Shown: positions 51,975 through 61,339 of the stretch, one piece after another
Layout: each line of letters starts with the position of its first letter
Position numbering within the stretch: the stretch's first letter is position 1
NCBI GenBank assembly: GCA_903925955.1
Contig: CAIYHO010000287.1
Coordinates: 1-61,339 of the forward strand
Source: an uncultured Chloroflexota bacterium
Lineage (GTDB): Bacteria; Chloroflexota; Limnocylindria; Limnocylindrales; CSP1-4
Direction: 5' to 3'
Length of the DNA stretch: 61,339 nt
The notes under the pieces: generated by a model
Told to the model about the DNA's origin: nothing
The model's input: only the letters and a program-made list of their open reading frames with translations
Databases searched by the model: none
Program-made: the position numbers and the translations under genes

Positions 51975-53012
51975 CTACTCCTCGGCGAGTCGCCCCTCGC
52001 GGAACGCCATCACGTAGTCCATACCGCCAAGATCCCGGCCCTCAAGCACGTCCGCCGCCAGACCAAACGAGTCCACGCTGCGCGATGCGCTGAAGACGCG
52101 GGCAAGGTCCGACGCGACGGGGTCGATGATCCCGCTGTCGATGCCGGCCTCGGCGGCAAGGTCAATGAAGGCGTCATTGATGAACTTGCGGCCGGGCATG
52201 CCAAACGAGACGTTGGAGAGGCCGCCCGTGAGGTGGATGTCGTCGCCGTACTCGATGCGCAGCTGGCGGGCCGCCTCAAGCACATGCGCGGGGGCGTCGG
52301 GCGCCGCCGCAACCGGCAGCACCAGCGGATCGACGTAGAGGAAATCGGCCGGGATCAGGTGGGCAAGCGCCAGCTCCACAATGGCGATGGCGTTGTGAAT
52401 GCGGTCGTCCACGCCTGACGGCATCCCGCTGGCGCCGCTTGCAGCGAGCACCACGGCGCAGTTGGATGCCGCCGCGATCTCCAGGACCTCAGGGCGCTCC
52501 AGGGACGCGGAGTTGAGCAGGAGCGTGCCGCGCAACTGGCGGGAGGCAGAGACGCCAGCGGCAAGCACTGCCACATCGGACGAGTCAATTGCCACAGGGA
52601 TCTTGGCCGTTGCCTCAACCGTGCTGACAAGCCAGGCCATGGCCCGGGCGCGCGTGTCGGAATCGTGCGAGATCTCGTCCGCATTCAGATCCAGCCAGTC
52701 GGCGCCTGCCGCCTCTTGGCGCGCCGCCAGCACGCGGATGTACGCGGCCGCCGTTGCGGCGTGCTCGCCGCCATCCATGCCCCAGCGGACCGCACTCGCG
52801 ACATGCTTGATCCGGCCCTTGGCAAAGTCCGAGGCCGCAGCCAGCACGGGGTGGACCGGCAGGACGAGGCGCTCCCCGTCAAGCTCAAACCCAATGCCGA
52901 TGGTGCCGTCCGGCAGTTCAACGGCGTGCTTGCCCGTGCGCTTGAGCACGCGGGTGGCGTGGATGTTCTCGCCGATGATCCGGAACGGGGTGCCGTTGCG
53001 GTCGAGCCTCAC
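51975..53012 (-). CDS. Pterin-binding methyltransferase (methyl-corrinoid:tetrahydrofolate methyltransferase, MtgA/MeTr-like)
   Basis: ORF 51975..53330 trimmed to GTG 53012, which overlaps the upstream stop (GTGA). FRIIGENIHATR, DWLDLNAD, AIDSS, LLNSAS, GLSNVSFG: the dihydropteroate-synthase-like pterin-binding barrel. Confidence 0.8.
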   Translation of the reverse strand: MRLDRNGTPFRIIGENIHATRVLKRTGKHAVELPDGTIGIGFELDGERLVLPVHPVLAAASDFAKGRIKHVASAVRWGMDGGEHAATAAAYIRVLAARQEAAGADWLDLNADEISHDSDTRARAMAWLVSTVEATAKIPVAIDSSDVAVLAAGVSASRQLRGTLLLNSASLERPEVLEIAAASNCAVVLAASGASGMPSGVDDRIHNAIAIVELALAHLIPADFLYVDPLVLPVAAAPDAPAHVLEAARQLRIEYGDDIHLTGGLSNVSFGMPGRKFINDAFIDLAAEAGIDSGIIDPVASDLARVFSASRSVDSFGLAADVLEGRDLGGMDYVMAFREGRLAEE

Positions 53013-54670
53013 GAGTGGATGTCCTTTCGCGTCTGGTTGGGAGTTGCGGTCTCGGCGGCACCGCTTGTCGCGGCACCGCGTGTCGCGGCACCGCGTGTCG
53101 CGGCATGGTCTCGGCCCAGGAAGGTATTGGCCCAGGCGCTCGTGCGCTGAAGCGTGTTGTCGGTCACCACGGGCTCGCGGTTCAGCATCGTGCGCTCTTC
53201 GCCGTACGGCTTGAGCCGCGCGTACGCGTCTGCCCAGACGCACGTGTGCCCGGGGACCTCGCACTGGCCGTCGGTGGCGCCGCCGCACGGGCCGTTGCGC
53301 TGGTTCTTCTGGCAGTGGCTCTCGGGGCACAGGTACGCGATGTCGGGCAGCGAGCAGTCACCGCAGTCGCGGCAGTCAAACATCGGGATCTTGACCGCGT
53401 TCTCCAGCACGTGGAGCGGCTTCTCGATGTGGGCCTTCTCAACGGTGGCGTAGAGCTTGGACCAGACCTTGAAGCCCGCAGACCCGGGCTCAAACACCCG
53501 GGTGTGCAGGGTGCGGTTGAACTTGTAGAACGCGGAGACCTTGCCGCGCGCCGCGTGTCGGGCGGCGTCGGTGAGGCTGGCGGCATATGCGGCCGACAGC
53601 TCGTCGGTGGCAAGCCCCGCGCCGTCGCTCTCAAACGGCTGGAAGGCACCGGGCTGGCCAAAGCTCACGTCCGCAACAAGCGAGCGCCAGTCATCGGCCG
53701 GATGCGCATCGGCCATCTCCAGCACGCGGGCAAGTTCCAAGGCATCACGGTGGCCCGAGATGTAGATGCCCTTGTAGCCGAGGCCGCGCGAGACCACCAG
53801 CTGCTTGGCGGCAAACTCAAGGAAGAACGCGCGGCCCTTGTCGGGCGCCTTGGCCTGCTCTTCGGCAACCGCGAGCAGCGCATCGGGGACCACGCAGCCC
53901 GGGACCTTGCCGGCGTTGAACGCGCGGGCCACCGGGGCGGAGAGGATGTACGCGTTGGCGATGACGGGAATGGCGAGCCCCTCGCGGCGCATCCAGCGCA
54001 GGAGCTGGTCTTGGCGGTGCGCGTCGTAGCCCACCTGGGTGATCGCGTAGTCCGCACCGGACCGCGCCTTGAGTTCAAGCTTCAGGAACTGCGGGATCAG
54101 GTCGCGCTCAAGCCGCTTGAACGGGTCGATGGCGCAGCCGAGGTAGAAGCCCTCCACGGCCTCGGGGGTGCCATCGGTGGCCGCCTTGGCGACCGCCTCG
54201 CCGCCCATCTGGCGCAGCAGCGCAAGCAGCGCCACGGAGTCAATGTCAAAGACCGGACGCGGGCCGCCGCCATGACCGGGCGCGGGATAGTCGCCAGTGA
54301 GCGCGAGGACCGTGGTGAGCCCGCGCGACAGCAGGTTCCAGCCAAGGCTCTGCATGCCGTTGCGGTTGCGGTCGCGGCAGGCCACGTGGACGATCGTGTC
54401 GTGGCCAAGGGTCTTGGCCTGCTCGCCCAGCACTTCTGGCGGCAGCTTCGCAAAACCGCCCGCGTTGTCCGTGATGGAGATGGACGTGATCCGCGGGTTG
54501 CCCGCAAGATCGGCGGCCATCTTCATGGGCTTTGTGCCCTTGGCGTCCTGCAGGGCGCCGGCCCACGGCACCAGCTCCACAACGGTGGCAAAGCCCGCCG
54601 GGTCCGCGAGCGCACGGCGGAGCGCACCGGGGCCGGGAACGGTGGGGGTTGTGGCGCTTGCGGATGACAT
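53009..54670 (-). CDS. Methylenetetrahydrofolate reductase fused to a Cys-rich MTHFR C-terminal (MetV-like) domain
   Basis: 553 aa. N-terminal MTHFR barrel (VVELVPW.., ISITDNAGG, VHVACRDRN, VLALTGDYP). C-terminal FDCRDCGDCSLPDIAYLCPESHCQKNQRNGPCGGATDGQCEVPGHTCVW (9 Cys). Confidence 0.8.
   Translation of the reverse strand: MSSASATTPTVPGPGALRRALADPAGFATVVELVPWAGALQDAKGTKPMKMAADLAGNPRITSISITDNAGGFAKLPPEVLGEQAKTLGHDTIVHVACRDRNRNGMQSLGWNLLSRGLTTVLALTGDYPAPGHGGGPRPVFDIDSVALLALLRQMGGEAVAKAATDGTPEAVEGFYLGCAIDPFKRLERDLIPQFLKLELKARSGADYAITQVGYDAHRQDQLLRWMRREGLAIPVIANAYILSAPVARAFNAGKVPGCVVPDALLAVAEEQAKAPDKGRAFFLEFAAKQLVVSRGLGYKGIYISGHRDALELARVLEMADAHPADDWRSLVADVSFGQPGAFQPFESDGAGLATDELSAAYAASLTDAARHAARGKVSAFYKFNRTLHTRVFEPGSAGFKVWSKLYATVEKAHIEKPLHVLENAVKIPMFDCRDCGDCSLPDIAYLCPESHCQKNQRNGPCGGATDGQCEVPGHTCVWADAYARLKPYGEERTMLNREPVVTDNTLQRTSAWANTFLGRDHAATRGAATRGAATSGAAETATPNQTRKDIHS
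53057..53105. repeat. 15-bp in-frame tandem repeat (3 full units plus a 4-nt start of a fourth) in the 3' tail of the MetF-MetV gene
   Basis: GGCACCGCTTGTCGC / GGCACCGCGTGTCGC / GGCACCGCGTGTCGC / GGCA.. It encodes ATRGA-ATRGA-ATSGA on the minus strand. Confidence 0.85.
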
Positions 54671-54679
54671 CTGAGGTCC

Positions 54680-56305
54680 TCAGGCGGTGATGGGTTCGAA
54701 GAGACAGCCGTCGGTGAAGAGGTCGAAGAAATCGGGTTCGGTTTCCAGTTCAACGTGCTCGATGCGCCCCACAAGCTCCTGGAGCTCGGTGCGGCGACGG
54801 CGGGAGAGCAGGAGCGCGCGAGCCCCGGCGATTGAAGCGTTGCCCGCCTTGATGATGCCCCCTCGGGGTGCATCAATGAGCAGGCCGATGGCGATGGCGG
54901 CCTCCACGTCAAGCGCGTTGGCAAAGCCGCCGGCGAGGTAGACCCGATCAACCTGGTCAACACGCAGGCCCAGACGCCGCAGGAGCACACGCTGGCCAAC
55001 GGCCGTGGCAGCCTTGGCAACCGCGAGGTGGCCCACATCGGCCCGCGAGAGCGTGATCCGCGGTGCGGCGGTCACCACCATCTCGGGGATCCCGGGGCCA
55101 AAGCCGCCACGGTTGCTCATGATGTCGGCGCCGCGCGCCTGAGCCAGGAGCTCCACCAGACCCGAGCCGCAGATTCCCTCGGGCTGCGCGTCGCCGATCA
55201 CCTTGACCACCCAGCGGTCCCCTGCCCAGCGAGCGCCCTCGATGGCGCCATCGGCACCCGGCATGCCGTACCGGACGCCGCCGCCTTCAAACGCGGGGCC
55301 AGCCGGGCTGGACGCCGCCACAACGCGCGTCCCGTCGCCCGCGATGATCTCGCTGTTGGTCCCGATGTCCACCAGCAGGAACGAGCCGCCGCGCGCAACG
55401 GCCTCAACAGCAATCAGGTCTGCCGCCGCATCAGCGCCAACAGGGCAGGCGATGAGCGGGGCTCCCCAGACGCTGGCCTGCGGGTTGAGCAGGAGCCCCG
55501 CATCGTGCGCGCGGCGCGTCACGGCGGTGGTGGCGGCAGTCCCCTCCCGCTGGGCAGTCTCGGTGACGGAGCGGTACGGCAACCGGCCAAGCGGCGACAC
55601 GTCCAGCCCCAGCGCCAGGTCGCGCATCGTGGGGTTGCCCACGATGACCGCGTCCACCAGACGGCGGCGCTCGATACCGGTCTCGCGGCACAGGCGCTTG
55701 AGTTCATGGTTCAGCGCCCGCCGCAGGGCCGCACGCAGCTCGCCCGGGACCTCCTCCTCGTACGAGATCCGGGTCATGACGTCGCTGCCGCCAAAGCGCT
55801 GCGGGTTCTCGATGGCGCTGACCGCCAGCAGCGCACCGGTCTGCAGGTCCACCAGCTCCACAACGATCGTGGTGGTGCCGATGTCAAACGCGACGCCAAC
55901 CGGCACTCCGCCAATCACCCCAAGGTCCGCGCCGTCATCGGCTCTCGCCCGTCCGTCCTCCCCGACGGTGACCAGGGGGTCAAGCGCTGACGGCGCGGCG
56001 CCGTCGCCATCGGGCGCCAGCAGGATGCGCAGCCGGCGCCGGAGGATCACAAACTCAACGTCGCGCTCAGCCCGCTCCACGTGCGCCTGACAGGCAAGGC
56101 GGAACGCGGGCCCAAGGAAGCCCTCCTCGGCGGTCCGCGGCGACAGCTGGTCCGCACCTGCACGCACCTCCACAACGCACTCATGGCAGCGCCCGGTGCG
56201 GCGGCAGGACGCGGGCACCACCGAGCCCAGCTCCGCCGCGGCGTCGTACAGGGAGTGGCCGGGCGCAAGCGGTTTGCGCTCGGACCCGTGGACAAGATTG
56301 GGCAT
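54680..56305 (-). CDS. RACo-type reductive activator of corrinoid proteins ([2Fe-2S] ferredoxin domain plus ASKHA ATPase, COG3894/DUF4445-like)
   Basis: 541 aa. N-terminal ferredoxin-like SCRRTGRCHEC..C, then VAFDIGTTTIVVELVD (ASKHA phosphate-1), VDIGTNSEI, LAGGFAN. Confidence 0.8.
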   Translation of the reverse strand: MPNLVHGSERKPLAPGHSLYDAAAELGSVVPASCRRTGRCHECVVEVRAGADQLSPRTAEEGFLGPAFRLACQAHVERAERDVEFVILRRRLRILLAPDGDGAAPSALDPLVTVGEDGRARADDGADLGVIGGVPVGVAFDIGTTTIVVELVDLQTGALLAVSAIENPQRFGGSDVMTRISYEEEVPGELRAALRRALNHELKRLCRETGIERRRLVDAVIVGNPTMRDLALGLDVSPLGRLPYRSVTETAQREGTAATTAVTRRAHDAGLLLNPQASVWGAPLIACPVGADAAADLIAVEAVARGGSFLLVDIGTNSEIIAGDGTRVVAASSPAGPAFEGGGVRYGMPGADGAIEGARWAGDRWVVKVIGDAQPEGICGSGLVELLAQARGADIMSNRGGFGPGIPEMVVTAAPRITLSRADVGHLAVAKAATAVGQRVLLRRLGLRVDQVDRVYLAGGFANALDVEAAIAIGLLIDAPRGGIIKAGNASIAGARALLLSRRRRTELQELVGRIEHVELETEPDFFDLFTDGCLFEPITA

Positions 56306-56378
56306 CGGCGTGGAGTGTCCTCGACGTCCTCAATCAGCGCAAGGCCGGACGGCCCAAACGACCGAACGAACGCAACCA

Positions 56379-56394
56379 ATGTAATCGATTGCAT
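56379..56394. promoter_or_regulatory. AT-rich near-palindrome ATGTAATCGATTGCAT in the divergent activator / corrinoid-protein control region
   Basis: Seven of eight arm positions are symmetric around the central CG. It is the only AT-rich element in the 188-bp divergent intergenic region 56306-56493. Confidence 0.35.
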
Positions 56395-56493
56395 GCGGAA
56401 CGGGGCGGCAGGGGCGCCTGACGGGTGCGACGATCCTGTCCAACACCAGAGGCGTCCCCACGCCAGTCCCCATTCACAGGAGGTTTCCCGCTC

Positions 56494-57144
56494 ATGCATG
56501 AGGAGCTCTTCGAGGCGATGCGCCAGTCCGTCATCGACGGCGACACGGCTGCAGCCTCGTCCCTTGCCGAACAGGTACTTGCAACTGGCGTCCCGCCGAT
56601 CGACGCCATCGACCTTGGGTTCGTGCCTGGGCTCTCACATGTGGGCAAGCTGTTTGGCGAGGGCGAGCTGTTCCTGCCCGACATGATGCTGGCAGCCCGG
56701 GCGATGCAGAAGGCGCTTGCGATCCTTGAGCCGGAGCTCAAGCGCCTCGCCACCGCGCGCGTGGTGGTTGGCCGCGTGGTCATGGGCACCGTCAAGGGCG
56801 ACATCCACGAGATTGGCAAGAACCTCGTGGGCATGATGCTTGCCACGTCCGGATTTGAGGTCACGGACCTTGGCGTGGACGTGGCGCCGGAGCGCTTTGT
56901 TGAGGCTGCCCGGGAGCACAACGCGGACATCGTGGGCGTGTCGGCGCTGCTGACCACCACCATGGCCGGCCAGCGGACCGTCGTGGAGGCGCTGGCCGCC
57001 GCCGGACTGCGCCCGCAGACTCGGGTCATCGTGGGCGGAGCGCCCGCGAGCGCTGCATGGGCCGCCGAGATTGGCGCCGACGGGTACAGCGAGGACGCCA
57101 TTGGCGCCGTTGCCCTGGCACGCCAGCTGATGGGGGCTGCGTGA
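56494..57144 (+). CDS. Corrinoid (cobalamin-binding) protein, MtgC/MttC-like
   Basis: ORF 56425..57144 trimmed to ATG 56494 (CAGGAGG RBS). B12-binding cap helix bundle, then the Rossmann domain with GDIHEIG (DxHxxG), SALL (SxL) and VGGAP (GG). Confidence 0.9.
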   Translation: MHEELFEAMRQSVIDGDTAAASSLAEQVLATGVPPIDAIDLGFVPGLSHVGKLFGEGELFLPDMMLAARAMQKALAILEPELKRLATARVVVGRVVMGTVKGDIHEIGKNLVGMMLATSGFEVTDLGVDVAPERFVEAAREHNADIVGVSALLTTTMAGQRTVVEALAAAGLRPQTRVIVGGAPASAAWAAEIGADGYSEDAIGAVALARQLMGAA

Positions 57145-58598
57145 TGCGACCCCGCTTCGAGCTCCTGGAGCCCGCGCTGATCGACCGGATCGTTGATGAG
57201 GCGCTCCAGCTCCTGATGGAGCCCGGCATCAAGGTTGAGGAGCCCGAGGCCGTCGCGCTGCTGCGCGGTGCCGGTGCGGTGATCGACGGCGATCGGGCGC
57301 GCATCCCCGAGGCTGCGGTCCGCCGCGCGCTGGACACGGTTCCCCGCCAGTTCTCGCTGTACAACCGGGCTGGCGTTGAGGCCGTGCGATACGGCTCGGG
57401 CAACGTGCACTTTGACCCCGGGTCCTCGGGTGTGTCGGTGCTTGATCCCGAGACGCTTGAGGCGCGCCACTCCCAGGCCGCGGACCTCCAGCGGATTGTC
57501 CGCGTGGCAGACTCGCTTGGCTCGTACGACGCGGTGTCCACGTCCGTCGTCTGCCACGACATCCCAACGGAAATCGGCGATCTGTACCGGCTGTTCGTCT
57601 GCCTGATGAACTCCGGCAAGCCCATCGTGACGGGCGCCTTCTCGCCGCGCGGCTCCGGGATCATGCTGGACCTGCTGGCGATCGATGCCGGCGGACACGC
57701 CGCACTGGCCGAGAAGCCGCGCGCGGTGTTTGACGTCTGCCCGTCGCCGCCGCTCACGTGGTCCGAGTTTGCCTGCCGCAACATCATCGACCTTGGCCGT
57801 GCGCATGTGCCGTCCGAGATGGTGTCGATGCCGCTGGCGGGCGTGGCTGCGCCCATCACGCTCGTGGCGTGCATCGTCCAGCATGCGGCAGAGTGTCTGG
57901 CCGGCATCGTCCTGAACCAGCTGGCCCAGCCCGGCGCACCAATCGTCTGGGGCGGCGCACCGGCCATCGTGGACATGCGGACGGGCTCCACGCCGATGGG
58001 CGCGATTGAGACCGCCATGATCGACGCGGGCTACGCGGCCGTTGGCAAGTCCCTTGGGCTGCCGACGCACGCGTATCTGGGCGCCACGGACTCCAAGGTG
58101 ATTGACGCGCAGGCCGGTCTTGAGACCGGGATGACCGCGCTTGTTGGCGCGCTTGCGGGGATCGACATGATCTCCGGCGCCGGCATGCTGGACTTCCTCC
58201 TGGCGCAGAGCCCGGAGAAGCTGGTCATTGACGCTGAGGCCATCGGCATGGCGCAGCGCCTGCTCCGCGGGATCAGCACGCCGCAGACCACGCTGGCCAC
58301 GGGCTCCTTTGCGGCGGCCGGTCTTGAGGGCCGCTTCCTTGAGCTGCCCGAGACGCGGGCGCTGTTCAAGCACGAGCAGTTCCTGCCCACCAAGATCATC
58401 GACCGCACGTCGCGCCGGGCCTGGCTTGACGCGGGCGGGCTTGATGCGTTTGGGCGAGCCCGTGTCCGCGTGGACGAGTTGGTCGCGAGGCCGGTCTCAG
58501 CACCTGACCCGGAGATCGCCGCTGCCCTGGCCGAATGCGTCCGGTCCGCGGGTGCGCCATTCGGACTGTCGGCCGATGGAGTGCTGCCGGGGGTGTGA
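57144..58598 (+). CDS. MttB-superfamily (trimethylamine methyltransferase-like, COG5598) substrate:corrinoid methyltransferase, non-pyrrolysine type
   Basis: ORF 57057..58598 trimmed to ATG 57144, which overlaps the corrinoid-protein stop (TGATG). 484 aa. LEPALIDRIVDEALQLLMEPGIKVE.., ..DVCPSPPLTWSE.., ..PLAGVAAPITL... Continuous frame with no in-frame TAG. Confidence 0.9.
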   Translation: MRPRFELLEPALIDRIVDEALQLLMEPGIKVEEPEAVALLRGAGAVIDGDRARIPEAAVRRALDTVPRQFSLYNRAGVEAVRYGSGNVHFDPGSSGVSVLDPETLEARHSQAADLQRIVRVADSLGSYDAVSTSVVCHDIPTEIGDLYRLFVCLMNSGKPIVTGAFSPRGSGIMLDLLAIDAGGHAALAEKPRAVFDVCPSPPLTWSEFACRNIIDLGRAHVPSEMVSMPLAGVAAPITLVACIVQHAAECLAGIVLNQLAQPGAPIVWGGAPAIVDMRTGSTPMGAIETAMIDAGYAAVGKSLGLPTHAYLGATDSKVIDAQAGLETGMTALVGALAGIDMISGAGMLDFLLAQSPEKLVIDAEAIGMAQRLLRGISTPQTTLATGSFAAAGLEGRFLELPETRALFKHEQFLPTKIIDRTSRRAWLDAGGLDAFGRARVRVDELVARPVSAPDPEIAAALAECVRSAGAPFGLSADGVLPGV

Positions 58599-58632
58599 GC
58601 CTTGGGCTCGGCGGGCGCGGCGGGCGCCCGAT

Positions 58633-58670
58633 CTGTCGGGGCCGACACGCCATCGAGGCACGGCCCCGAC
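58633..58670 (+). terminator. GC hairpin 35 nt after the MttB-family gene
   Basis: TGTCGGGGCCG (58633-58643), 16-nt loop, CGGCCCCGACA (58660-58670). 11-bp perfect stem, no U-tract. Confidence 0.4.
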
Positions 58671-59016
58671 ACCGCTTCTCACGGCACGTGCGGCGTCCAC
58701 CGCGCGCTTCGCGTGCTTGCGGCTGCCCGTATTCACCCCATGTTTGGCCACGGGGCATGCTCACCCTCTTGGGGGCCGCGGGGCGGGACCGGGCTCTCCG
58801 TGATGCCCCCGGCCGCGCCCGTATGCGCTCCGGCATGCACCGCACGCATAGGGGCAGGGGCACGGGCTGCGCCCAGCCGCGTGGGACACGTCGCCACCGC
58901 GGCGCCGACTCACTATCCACGCGCTTGCCCTGCGGGCAGCCATGGGTTGCATACGGCGGGGATCATGGGCGAGCAACACTCGCGAAGCCGCGGGCGGGGC
59001 AGCCAGCGCCGCGGGA

Positions 59017-61337
<2,321 letters not shown>

Positions 61338-61339
61338 TA

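Noticed and set aside
7913-53105. CRISPR array candidates: the TGACCCA repeat cluster (7913-8250), the three 17-bp palindromes (981-1192) and the 15-bp tandem repeat (53057-53105).
   Set aside because: The repeats are too short, imperfect or contiguous. They lack regular repeat-spacer architecture of CRISPR dimensions, and no cas genes are present.
3737-53330. N-terminal extensions of several track ORFs: 2307, 3737, 6963, 13931, 16003, 18323, 22491, 24110, 25231, 28765, 29760, 31946, 36216, 41641, 43092, 45827, 49149, 51134, 53330, 56425, 57057.
   Set aside because: The extensions are low-complexity and lack homology. An internal ATG/GTG/TTG with an SD-like motif or a stop/start overlap sits where the conserved family N-terminus begins. 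I trimmed the CDS accordingly; exact starts remain predictions.
37-58373. Many long ORFs in the track that run antisense to, or out of frame with, the genes called above. Examples: 37..1098 +, 1270..2376 +, 14822..16009 +, 22848..24287 -, 27423..28664 -, 33687..34442 -, 36183..38132 +, 41036..42565 +, 53015..54667 +, 56334..58373 -.
   Set aside because: They are typical high-GC shadow ORFs. Their translations are Arg/Pro/Gly/Ala-rich with no family resemblance. The overlapping frame on the other strand encodes a protein with clear family motifs in every case.
57144-58598. Pyrrolysine-encoding MttB (in-frame amber codon).
   Set aside because: The reading frame is continuous over 484 codons with no internal TAG, and no pylTSBCD genes are in the window. 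It is a non-Pyl MttB-superfamily member.

Overview
This window is 61.3 kb of very GC-rich DNA with actinobacterial-style organisation: frequent GTG/TTG starts, 1-4 nt stop/start overlaps, and long Arg/Pro-rich shadow ORFs antisense to real genes. I found no rRNA, tRNA, CRISPR, transposase, integrase or phage genes. About 52 protein genes can be supported. From left to right: (1) housekeeping and transport genes (proline iminopeptidase, AKR, DPD-like flavoprotein plus NCS1 permease, ArsB/NhaD permease, PPK2, SF2 helicase, ArsR-SulP, two paralogous membrane proteins). (2) A 17.5-kb divergent catabolic island (13158-30707) around a YhfZ-family regulator. It holds a RuBisCO-like protein, TPP-dependent E1 alpha/beta, a stand-alone lipoyl-domain protein, three tandem DSD1-type PLP enzymes, an FGGY kinase, an APC permease, and DUF4432, cyclase, class II aldolase and NagB-like genes. 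I cannot match it to any described pathway. (3) A long minus-strand sugar-phosphate supercluster (30720-42993) with clear lsrK/lsrF/lsrE/lsrR-like genes but no lsrACDB or lsrG, plus CbbY-like phosphatase, class II FBA, AKR, 2-hydroxyacid dehydrogenase, VOC protein and a dak / TIM-like / rpiB trio. (4) hypF-hypC-hypD-hypE, with hypE broken by a 1-nt frameshift. (5) Two paralogous orphan NarL/LuxR response regulators behind a single-pass membrane protein. (6) A complete corrinoid-dependent methyltransferase system: non-Pyl MttB-family methyltransferase, corrinoid protein, RACo-type reductive activator, methyl-corrinoid:THF methyltransferase, fused MetF-MetV reductase and DUF1638. (7) A tyrosine-phenol-lyase-like gene translationally coupled to a crotonase. 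The best candidates for undescribed biology are the RLP/E1/lipoyl/DSD1 island, the transporter-less lsr-like module and the MttB-family system of unknown substrate. Several non-coding repeat and palindrome structures are also reported. All functional calls rest on my reading of the translated ORFs (motifs and remembered family sequences), not on database searches.
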